The position numbers were made by a program, and so were the translations under genes. The notes under the pieces were generated by a model. The model searched no databases. It was not told the origin of the DNA and was given only the letters and a program-made list of their open reading frames with translations. Shown piece after piece: positions 41,496 to 50,036 of a stretch of DNA of 64,000 nucleotides. The DNA comes from an uncultured virus (IMG/VR IMGVR_UViG_3300044612_002689) (Duplodnaviria; Heunggongvirae; Uroviricota; Caudoviricetes), in IMG/VR virus record IMGVR_UViG_3300044612_002689. One strand, given 5' to 3'. How positions within the stretch are numbered: position 1 is the stretch's first letter; each line of letters opens with the position of its first letter.

Positions 41496-41512
41496 GGTTT
41501 TTTTGAAAAAAA

Positions 41513-41544
41513 TTTGATAATATAGATATTTTCATTTAGTTTTG
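41513..41544 (+). promoter_or_regulatory. Bacteroidota-type promoter
   Basis: TTTG-N20-TAGTTTTG before ATG 41551. Confidence 0.7.
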
Positions 41545-41550
41545 AAAAAG

Positions 41551-42180
41551 ATGGAAAAAAAGGTTTGCACAAAATGTGGTGAAGAAAAAGTTCTCACAGA
41601 GTTTAATAAAAATAAACGACAATCTGATAACTTTTCCCCACAATGTAAATTGTGTAGATCAGCAGAAAGAAAAAAATATTACGCAAAAAATAAAACTCGA
41701 GAACTTGAAAAAATAAAAGAATATCAAGTATTAAATAAAGATTCAATATCTAATCAACGAAAAAAATATAGAAAAGATAATCGAAAGGTTTTATCGGCAA
41801 AACACAAAGATTACATCAAACAAAGAAAATTGATTGATCCCATTTTTAAATTGAAGGAAAGAGTTAGATCCAAAATTCGAAAATCATTGTCCAAATTTAA
41901 GTCATCGAAACAACTCAAGACAATTGAAATTCTTGGGTGTGATCATGGTGAGTTTAAGTCACATATTGAATCCCAATTTGAACTTTGGATGACCTGGGAT
42001 AATTATGGTCTTTATAATGGAAAATTGAATTTTGGTTGGGACCTGGATCATATTATACCTTTGTCATCAGCCGTCACAAAGGAAGATGTTTTTAAACTTA
42101 ACCATTATACAAATTTTCAGCCCCTATGTTCTCACATTAATAGAAACGTCAAAAAAAATTCTTTAACATGGAAATCCTAG
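41551..42180 (+). CDS. HNH-like endonuclease with N-terminal Zn finger (paralog of 36671)
   Basis: KVCTKC..CKLC; MTWDNYG..WDLDHIIPLS..NHYTNFQPLC. Confidence 0.82.
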   Translation: MEKKVCTKCGEEKVLTEFNKNKRQSDNFSPQCKLCRSAERKKYYAKNKTRELEKIKEYQVLNKDSISNQRKKYRKDNRKVLSAKHKDYIKQRKLIDPIFKLKERVRSKIRKSLSKFKSSKQLKTIEILGCDHGEFKSHIESQFELWMTWDNYGLYNGKLNFGWDLDHIIPLSSAVTKEDVFKLNHYTNFQPLCSHINRNVKKNSLTWKS

Positions 42181-42239
42181 GTTGGAACACCCGTTCCGGA
42201 CTTCGTCCGAATATTTTTTAAAAATATTTTGAAAAAAAA

Positions 42240-42271
42240 TTTGACTATTGAAAAAATTAATTCTAAATTTG
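42240..42271 (+). promoter_or_regulatory. Bacteroidota-type promoter for tnpB-CRISPR unit
   Basis: TTTG-N20-TAAATTTG, 4 nt before ATG 42276. Confidence 0.75.
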
Positions 42272-42275
42272 TACT

Positions 42276-43523
42276 ATGAAAAGAGAAAAAAAGGTTGGAG
42301 TATTAAATAAGGGGTTTAAGTATCGAATATACCCCAATAAAACCCAGATTAAACAAATCGAGGGTGCAATACAAGCGGCAAGGTATGTTCGAAACCTAAC
42401 CATCGATCTTGATCGACAAATATATTCTCTGGGTGGAAAACCAAATTTATCACATTTTGGATTAAATAAACATATAACAAATTATAGAAAATCGGCACCC
42501 TTTTTAAATGATCACGATTCACAGATTTATATGTATGAAATGGAACATTTAAGTAAGGCTTGGTCAGATTTTTTTGATAATACAAAAATCTATAAACAAG
42601 TCATTAAAAACAATCCGAAGACCGATATGAAACGTCCCACACCACCGGATTTTACAAAAAAGAATGACCAAAAACAAAGTTTTACAACACGATTAATTAA
42701 TACTAATATACAAAAACACGGAATAAAAGAAGATGGTAAGTTAACTTTACCAAAAATTACTGGAAATATCAAAGTCCAATATCATAGACCAATTATTGGA
42801 ATTCCAAAAAAATATACGATTTCCAAAAAACATGGAAAGTACTATGTGTCAATTTTGGTAGAATATAAGAACGATGTTTCAAAAAAGGAAGTCAAGTCTG
42901 TGGTTGGTATCGATGCGGGTGTAAAATCTTTGATTGTTACATCAGAAAATGAAGTTATTAAAAATCCAAAATACCTGAACCAACATTTAAATCATTTGTC
43001 AAAATTGATAAGTAATAGGGACAAATGTGTAAAGTACTCTAACAACTGGAAAAAGTTGAATAAAAAAGTTCATGTTTTAGAAGAAAAAATATCAAACTGT
43101 AGAAAAAATTATAATCACAATGTATCCAAAAGACTGGTCGATCAATATGATTTGATTTGTATGGAAGATTTGGATCTTGTTGAAATGACGAAATCAAATA
43201 AAGGTACCGTTGAAAATCCTGGTACCAACGTTAAACAAAAATCAAACTTAAATCGAAATATTTTGGACGCTGGTCTTGGGATGTTACGTGAAATGATTAT
43301 TTATAAAAGTGTCTCCAGCGGGAAACACACAATTAAAGTGGATAGATTTTTTCCATCAAGCAAGAAATGTAATAATTGCGGTACGGTGAATGAAAATCTA
43401 CTTTTATCTCAACGGGTTTGGGAATGTAAAAACTGCAAAAGCGAAATTGATCGTGATTACAATGCGGCTTTAAACATTCGGGACTTAGGTAAGAAAATGT
43501 TCTTTGAAAATTTAGAAAATTAG
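42276..43523 (+). CDS. tnpB: TnpB-like RNA-guided RuvC nuclease (candidate miniature type V effector)
   Basis: FKYRIYPN N-terminus; RuvC-I GIDAG, RuvC-II MEDL, CNNC..CKNC Zn finger, RuvC-III DRDYNAALNI; CRISPR array 110 bp downstream. Confidence 0.93.
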   Translation: MKREKKVGVLNKGFKYRIYPNKTQIKQIEGAIQAARYVRNLTIDLDRQIYSLGGKPNLSHFGLNKHITNYRKSAPFLNDHDSQIYMYEMEHLSKAWSDFFDNTKIYKQVIKNNPKTDMKRPTPPDFTKKNDQKQSFTTRLINTNIQKHGIKEDGKLTLPKITGNIKVQYHRPIIGIPKKYTISKKHGKYYVSILVEYKNDVSKKEVKSVVGIDAGVKSLIVTSENEVIKNPKYLNQHLNHLSKLISNRDKCVKYSNNWKKLNKKVHVLEEKISNCRKNYNHNVSKRLVDQYDLICMEDLDLVEMTKSNKGTVENPGTNVKQKSNLNRNILDAGLGMLREMIIYKSVSSGKHTIKVDRFFPSSKKCNNCGTVNENLLLSQRVWECKNCKSEIDRDYNAALNIRDLGKKMFFENLEN

Positions 43524-43633
43524 GAAACAAAAACTGGGTGGTGTGACATCCAATTTAATTGTGGTCAAAACTCAATTTGTGGGTTTATAATGACAACAAG
43601 AGCCTTTCATTTATTATGTTTCCAAAATACACA
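43523..43633 (+). ncRNA. Candidate tracrRNA/omegaRNA-like scaffold
   Basis: Closing stem GGAAACA/TGTTTCC, two hairpins and three patches complementary to the repeat. Confidence 0.55.
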
Positions 43634-44051
43634 GTTGTGTGTGATCTTTATTTGAAGGGTAATCACAACGGAGGAAGAGTGTAGAAGACAACTTATCGCG
43701 TTGTGTATGATCTTTATTTGAAGGGTAATCACAACGGGGATTTGGGTTAGCGCTTCCTTTTTCAAGTTGTGTATGATCTTTATTTGAAGGGTAATCACAA
43801 CGCTCAACGGTTTGCCGATTAATAGAAAACAGTTGTGTATGATCTTTATTTGAAGGGTAATCACAACGAGATGGAAAGTGCTGTATAACAACCTAAAGTT
43901 GTGTATGATCTTTATTTGAAGGGTAATCACAACAAATTAAGGTCGCACAATCGTTTGTTTTGAGTTGTGTATGGTCTTTATTTGTAGGGTAATCACAACA
44001 AATCTATCTACATTTAAATTTTCTGAAAGTTGTATATGATCTGTATTTGAA
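43634..44051 (+). CRISPR. CRISPR array: 6 full 36-bp repeats plus 1 truncated degenerate repeat, 6 spacers (5 x 30 nt, 1 x 29 nt)
   Basis: Consensus GTTGTGTATGATCTTTATTTGAAGGGTAATCACAAC at 43634, 43700, 43766, 43832, 43898, 43964; partial at 44029. Confidence 0.97.
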
Positions 44052-44062
44052 TTTATTATATT

Positions 44063-44093
44063 AAAACCCCATCTTTAACAGGTGGGGTTTTTT
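44063..44093 (+). terminator. Intrinsic terminator closing the CRISPR transcript
   Basis: AAAACCCCATCT-TTAAC-AGGTGGGGTTTT plus T-run. Confidence 0.85.
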
Positions 44094-44127
44094 ATTTATC
44101 GTGATATTTATTTTAAAGAGTTAAATT

Positions 44128-44472
44128 ATGAAAAACGTACTTATATATTTGGTTTTTATTTCATTACTATTTTCATGTAAAAAAAAGGAAGTAGAGCCAC
44201 AAAGAAATGTCACATATAAAATCCAGTGTTCGGATTGTTATGTTTATTATAAAGAAAACGGAAAACCAAAATCAGAATTTCATCAAAACTCAACCTGGTC
44301 TCATAACTTTGTTGGAATGAAAGACAGTTTGGTTTTGGTGTATGCCATGAACACCTCAGGTCAAAATCAATTTGTTTCTGCAACAATTCTATTGAATGGT
44401 GACACATTGAAACACGCGACCGGGAGTTGTCCGATATCTGGAACCGTTGCGGTATCTGATACTCTTCGTTAA
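44128..44472 (+). CDS. Lipoprotein
   Basis: MKNVLIYLVFISLLFS-CKKKE lipobox. Confidence 0.75.
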   Translation: MKNVLIYLVFISLLFSCKKKEVEPQRNVTYKIQCSDCYVYYKENGKPKSEFHQNSTWSHNFVGMKDSLVLVYAMNTSGQNQFVSATILLNGDTLKHATGSCPISGTVAVSDTLR

Positions 44473-44473
44473 T

Positions 44474-45688
44474 ATGGAAAAATTTAGATTTAAACAATTA
44501 ATTGAATCAAAACTGGGGACCGTTAAACCTCTATTGGTGGAAGAATCTGAAACGTCGGCAGATGAGTGTAATGTAAATATTGCTCAATCTGATGAGACCG
44601 CAGATGCTTTCTGGGACAATTTCAAAAAATCAACTTTAGTCAAACCTTATGATTATAATTCTACGGTCAGGTTTCAAAAATGGGTTAAGAAAAATTATCC
44701 ATCGATAAACCTTGGAACCTTCGGAATAAAAAAAGATGGGGTTGATGGGAAATTTGGAAAACTTACCCAATCGGCATGGAATAGAGTGGGAAATGAGTAT
44801 TTGAAAGGAGGTTCCCAATTAAATCTCCCATTAACTTTCACAATTAATGAAGATATTAAAAGATCTATTTCAAAGGCAAGAAACGAATATTTAAAATGGT
44901 TTAGTGATGAAAACACAAGAAAAAAATTCAAAAACCAAAAACTTATTCCCCAACTTTTAAAATATATTAATACCCTTACTTCTTACAAATCATATTATAA
45001 TAAAAATCAATCACCCAATCCGAAAACTTTTGGGTGGGTTAAATATGCAAAAAGTGCTTCCCAACTAAATGAATTAAAATACAAATCAATAAATTTAAAC
45101 GTGTTTAATATTCATAATGGGAAAAATTATATTGCATCACTCGATCAAGTAACAAAACATGAGATGGGACATTTGATTGATAATTTTTTAAGGATTTATA
45201 AAGAACCAACCTATATCTTAACACAAAATACTCCAACTTCCCAACAAGAATACTCACAAACATATATAACCAACGATTCGGAAACTTATAGTAGATTAAA
45301 TAATTTTAGGACAATTATTGAAGCCGGCCCAATGGACGATGGAAATCAAATGTTAAACAAATTTTTTAATAAAATTAGATCTGGAACCATCCAGGTTAAG
45401 GGATTTGATCTATCGGCAATGTATAGTTCCACTAAACCCAGAAAAGCGTCTGTTGACCAAGCAAATGAAATTATGAAATCTTTGAGGAAAATGATTTTAG
45501 TCAACGGTCTTAGTTCTCATAATACCCAACAATTATTTTCCGAGTATGGAATACAATCACAAGGAAACATTTATGTATCGTTTTATTTGTTGGGAAGATT
45601 AAATCAAACTTCTAAAGGTCCGGAAGATGAAAACAAAAAATCAAATTATCTTTATTTGAAATTTACCCCAATCAATCAATCAGTTTAA
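44474..45688 (+). CDS. PG-binding-like plus HExxH metallopeptidase protein with FRFKQL leader
   Basis: FQKWV..DGVDGKFGKLTQSAW; KHEMGHLID..ETYSRL. Confidence 0.6.
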   Translation: MEKFRFKQLIESKLGTVKPLLVEESETSADECNVNIAQSDETADAFWDNFKKSTLVKPYDYNSTVRFQKWVKKNYPSINLGTFGIKKDGVDGKFGKLTQSAWNRVGNEYLKGGSQLNLPLTFTINEDIKRSISKARNEYLKWFSDENTRKKFKNQKLIPQLLKYINTLTSYKSYYNKNQSPNPKTFGWVKYAKSASQLNELKYKSINLNVFNIHNGKNYIASLDQVTKHEMGHLIDNFLRIYKEPTYILTQNTPTSQQEYSQTYITNDSETYSRLNNFRTIIEAGPMDDGNQMLNKFFNKIRSGTIQVKGFDLSAMYSSTKPRKASVDQANEIMKSLRKMILVNGLSSHNTQQLFSEYGIQSQGNIYVSFYLLGRLNQTSKGPEDENKKSNYLYLKFTPINQSV

Positions 45689-45739
45689 ATTATTGAATTG
45701 TTTTTTAAAGTTTCTTTGTATTTATAAATAAAATAAATT

Positions 45740-47898
45740 ATGAAAAAAGTTATAAGATTAACTGAATCCGAACTTGTACGGTTGGTTAAGAGAACCATTC
45801 AAGAAATGGAGAATCAAAATAACGGATCTGTTGGAGGTACTGTCAAAAGTTTGGCAAAACGAGATATGACACCCACAGAAAAAAAAGATTGGGTGGGTTT
45901 GTATGAACTAACTCAAAATGATAATACAAATTTTGAAATTCTGACTGTTAAGGGATCTCCGTCAGTTGGTGGGGTTTCAAAAAACTTGAAAGGAAAATAT
46001 TTAAAACCGACCGATTATATTAAGGTTCCTAACTCTGGGGATGAGGTTTATTTTAAACCGAGTACAGGTTTCAGATATGAGGCATATGTTTATAATGAAG
46101 GTGGTGTCATAAAATTTGGATTTGCAACAGAATAATTTATGAAAAAAGTTATAAGATTAACTGAAACTCAATTGATCCGACTCATCAAAGAATCCATTGA
46201 AAATAATAATTTAAAAAGTGAGGAAAACTTTTTTAAAAGACGAGGGGTTGATCTAGAAAAACTCGAAGAAATGATTTATTTTCAAGAGTCAATTCAAGAA
46301 GTAGAAAATTTTGATGATGGGGATGAGTTTGCCGAATTTTGTATTTATACTGCAGTTGGTTTTTATTTCGGTGGTGAAGGATACACTGATGACGATGATG
46401 ATGATTGGGGTGATAGTTGGGATGAAGATGAAGAAACAGAAAAAAACGAAAATAACTTACCCCCAGAATCGGCATATGAAGTTAGAGATGAATTGGAAGA
46501 ATACTTGTATGAAAAATACTTTAATGAATTAAAAGTGAACTTTGACGACTATATATCCGGAAAATCTTAATTGTATCTAAGTTTAAAAACTCCCCCACCT
46601 CATCAAGTGGGGGTTTTTGTTTTTCATATATTTATAATATATGAAGATTGTTATAACAGAATCTCAATTTCAATTTATTAGAAGATACCAAGAAATTAAA
46701 GATTGGGTTAGTGATGACTATAATTATTTATTGAAAAGAGGACACTCACCATATGATGCAAAAGATATGACAATAGATCACTCCCCATGGACATATTTAA
46801 ATGATTCCGATACTGACATTGAGAACAATAAAAAAAATTTTGATAAGTTACGACGATTCATTGAAAAAAATTTTGAAGATTTAATTAGTTAATATGAAAG
46901 TCATTATCACAGAAAATCAACTATTTATTTTTAGACGAATCCAAGAGTTTATTGATATTGTTGAAAAACAGATTAAAGGATATGAAAAACAAGAAGATAA
47001 TCCGTGGTGGTGTAAACACAACAACCCCGAGTCTTTTTTTGATAATCTTAAAGGAAGATCTATTGAAATATTTGTTGATCAGAATTGGGATTTTTTTCAT
47101 GACGATAGTGAAACTGGGGGAGCCAATATGGACACTCAAATATTGTATGACATTGTTAATAAAGAATATGGAAACTATATTCGAAATCTTTTTGTTCGTA
47201 AATGTGGTTATTCGCGTTTTTAATTAATATTTATAGAATATGAAATTTGTAATCAACGAGTCCCAATACAATTTTATTAGAAGAGTTGGTATCATAGAAG
47301 ACCTTTTTAAAAAATATGTTGACGACGATGAATTTATTTATAGAGTTTTTGACACTGGACCAGGTGCTTTTGGAACACATAAAGTAGGATTAGATGAATT
47401 TATACCATTTGTATCGTACACAATTGCACATCAAATCGCAAAAAGCGAAATGAATCCAAGAGATGACGACGACAACGATGACTTTGTAACTTACAGAAAT
47501 CAGTTACAAAGGTTTATTCAAACAAATTATTACGATTACCTAAAAAAAAGACACCAAGAAACCCTAATGTAAAAATGAAAATTTTAATTTCCGAATCACA
47601 ATATTATTTATTAAGAAGGATGTCATACATGAATGATGTCATAAATAAGCACCTTGATGACTTTAAACACAATTTAGACCCAAAAGATTGTGAAAAAATT
47701 AATTTTGACGACTTACTGGAAGGAGTAAAATTCAAAGTAATAAAAGAATTGGAGGAAAACTATTCTGATTTAAGTGGTGATAAAATTTCCATGGTTGATA
47801 AATTTATTGATAACTATAAAAAACAAGAAATTTATGAATCATACTGTGAAATGTGTAATTTTAATTGTGTTGACATCGATAATTTATACGACTTTTAA
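45740..47898 (+). CDS. Run of six short leader-bearing hypothetical proteins (45740, 46139, 46641, 46894, 47240, 47575)
   Basis: MKKVIRLTE or MK(I/V/F)(V/I/L)IxExQ..RR N-termini. Confidence 0.7.
46591..46618 (+). terminator. Intrinsic terminator (near-identical to 40333-40359)
   Basis: CCCCCAC-CTCATCAA-GTGGGGG plus T-run. Confidence 0.75.
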
Positions 47899-47906
47899 GT
47901 TATTAT

Positions 47907-48794
47907 ATGAGGAATCCCAATCTAAAAATTATCGGTGAAGAGATCGACAGGATTAAAGATCTTATGGGAATTTCTAAAAAAGATAGTATTGTTGTAACGG
48001 GTTTACAAAAATTAATTGATGAAAATAGTACCTTAGAAAGAAAATCAACACCAATACCATATGATAAAAGAGTTGAAATGATACAAATCGCATTACAATT
48101 TCTTGGGTTTTCGCTACCCAAATGGGGTGTAGACGGAAAATTTGGTCCGGAAACTGAAATTTCGGTTGAAAACTTCCAGGAAGAAAACTCCATGGAAGTT
48201 ACAGGTGTTGTTACAAAAGAAGTTCTTCAAAAAATAGTAGAAGAACTAGTTAATAAAAACTTTGAAAATACAGATTTATTAAATATCAAAAAAGACAAAA
48301 CGGAGACAATCCTAGATGATAAAAATATTAAAAGCAATATCGTTATTGGTGATTCACAAACACCATATGTTGCTAACGGTAGTTCGAAGTTTAGTCTGAT
48401 ATCAGACAAAGGATCCAAACGTTCATTGTGGTTGGGGGGTATGGGATTGAATTGGTTATTAGATGCGGTAGAAAATCATCCCGGATCAAAAAAAGTAAAA
48501 AATATTGCAATTTGTATTGGGACAAATGGTGCTTTTAGTTCCAAAGATAATATCCCAGGTTTAGTTTCAGAACTTAGAAATAAATTTCCTAGAGCGAATT
48601 TATTTGCAATCCAAGGATCATGGGGTTGGGGTGGATTAAAAAATATTAAAGAAGAAAAAGTCAAAAAATATTACCAAAAATTTAAAGATCAGGGAGTTGA
48701 GGTAATTGATCCCCCAATTGGAAAAATAGAACCCCATGGTAATAAACCAATCTATAAAACCATCGGATCAGAACTTGATAGTAAATCGAGTTAA
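47907..48794 (+). CDS. PG-binding domain plus SGNH/GDSL-like hydrolase
   Basis: GVDGKFGPETE..FQ; IGDSQT, IGTNG, EPHG. Confidence 0.65.
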   Translation: MRNPNLKIIGEEIDRIKDLMGISKKDSIVVTGLQKLIDENSTLERKSTPIPYDKRVEMIQIALQFLGFSLPKWGVDGKFGPETEISVENFQEENSMEVTGVVTKEVLQKIVEELVNKNFENTDLLNIKKDKTETILDDKNIKSNIVIGDSQTPYVANGSSKFSLISDKGSKRSLWLGGMGLNWLLDAVENHPGSKKVKNIAICIGTNGAFSSKDNIPGLVSELRNKFPRANLFAIQGSWGWGGLKNIKEEKVKKYYQKFKDQGVEVIDPPIGKIEPHGNKPIYKTIGSELDSKSS

Positions 48795-48823
48795 ATTTCT
48801 TTGATCCTACAATATTTATTAAT

Positions 48824-49333
48824 ATGAACCTACAAGAAAATATACAAAGAATCTTAGAAATCATAAAAGAGGACCAAACATCTATTGCCGGATCCACCGG
48901 AGGTTGGGCAATTACTTATAAAAATCCTATGGCACTTATTCAAAACCCCCCGGACGATTGGGATGGTTTGAACGGTGACGTAAATGGAAAACTCAAGTTC
49001 AAAGAAATGAAGTATGGTGTAAGGGCCGGTGTCAAAAATTTAAAAAATACTTATTTTGGAAAAGGATTAACTTCCACGAGTTTAATTAAGTTATTTAAAA
49101 AATATGCACCATCTGGTCATGGGTCAAATGATCCAAACAATTATGCGTCATTTGTTGCAAATCAAATTGGGGTAAAAACAACCGATCTATTAACTTGGGA
49201 TAAATATGGTAAACAAATTGCAAGATCAATAATAAACATGGAAACTGGTATTCCTGTCGGGGGTGAAAAAAATAAAGTTCTTGGTGTGACGGAGGAAGAA
49301 TTTACAACTGGATTTGACCTGGCAAATGGTTAA
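48824..49333 (+). CDS. Lysozyme-like/virion protein with MNLQE leader
   Basis: KNPMAL..KF..GVRAG..KYAP..NDPNNYASFVA..ME pattern. Confidence 0.55.
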   Translation: MNLQENIQRILEIIKEDQTSIAGSTGGWAITYKNPMALIQNPPDDWDGLNGDVNGKLKFKEMKYGVRAGVKNLKNTYFGKGLTSTSLIKLFKKYAPSGHGSNDPNNYASFVANQIGVKTTDLLTWDKYGKQIARSIINMETGIPVGGEKNKVLGVTEEEFTTGFDLANG

Positions 49334-49363
49334 ATAGGTTTTTGTTAATATTTATAATTACAT

Positions 49364-49939
49364 ATGAAAAATTTATTTTCTTTTTTTAAAAAAACAACTA
49401 AAAAAAATTCAATTGACCACGCATTGAGAATATACAACGGTAAGTTTGCTTTTTGTGGTGCGTCAGGTGCGAAACCAACTGGAAAAATAATCGAAGTACA
49501 AGGAAACAAATTCAGAGAAGGAAGATCGGTTTGTCCAGTCATGAATGGAACCTCAATTGCAAATATCGAATTGGTTTCTGATCCATCTATCACTCCCGAT
49601 GGAACAGAAAATACTGTTTGGTCATTTTTTTGGTATTACGATGAAGTTCCACAAGCACCCACTTGGGAAACATTACCAACGGTTAATCGTTCATTTGTAA
49701 TAGGTGAAGGAGAAAGTAATCAAATGAGTAATATGTTTTGTATGCCATGTAGAATATTTAAAAATGTAAATGGGGTTGATTTAGCCGAATGTTTTGGTCC
49801 ACTTAACGAAATGGCAGTCCCTTTACGTAAATCGGTCAGGGTTCACCCAGGACAAACCTCAATTACTCAAGCACCTGAAGGTTCCCCTTTTCCGGTTGGG
49901 ACAATAATACCCAATTTTAATTTGACTAAAACGCTATGA
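49364..49939 (+). CDS. Cys-containing hypothetical protein
   Basis: 191-aa ORF, upstream ATATTTAT. Confidence 0.65.
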   Translation: MKNLFSFFKKTTKKNSIDHALRIYNGKFAFCGASGAKPTGKIIEVQGNKFREGRSVCPVMNGTSIANIELVSDPSITPDGTENTVWSFFWYYDEVPQAPTWETLPTVNRSFVIGEGESNQMSNMFCMPCRIFKNVNGVDLAECFGPLNEMAVPLRKSVRVHPGQTSITQAPEGSPFPVGTIIPNFNLTKTL

Positions 49940-50010
49940 AAAAACAAATTAGACTAAGTGAATCACAATTGATTTCATTGATTAAAAAAATAGTTCCTAG
50001 AGTTAAATAA
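49936..50010 (+). CDS. Leader-only micro-ORF MKKQIRLSESQLISLIKKIVPRVK
   Basis: Manual translation; matches the leader of 54739. Confidence 0.5.
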   Translation: MKKQIRLSESQLISLIKKIVPRVK

Positions 50011-50036
50011 GTAAAAAAACCCAATACCCAACTATT

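Noticed and set aside
42276..43523. Intact IS200/IS605 or IS607 transposon
   Set aside because: No Y1 or serine transposase in the window and no confident element ends.
43559..43597. Extra degenerate repeat upstream of the array (TTGTG...ATTTGTGGGT...TAATGACAAC)
   Set aside because: Only patchy similarity with wrong length and spacing (36 nt to the next repeat); better explained as a scaffold hairpin, though repeat ancestry is not excluded.
43607..43930. Minus-strand 107-aa ORF with repeated VVITLQIKIIHN
   Set aside because: Translation of the 66-bp periodic CRISPR array, not a protein.
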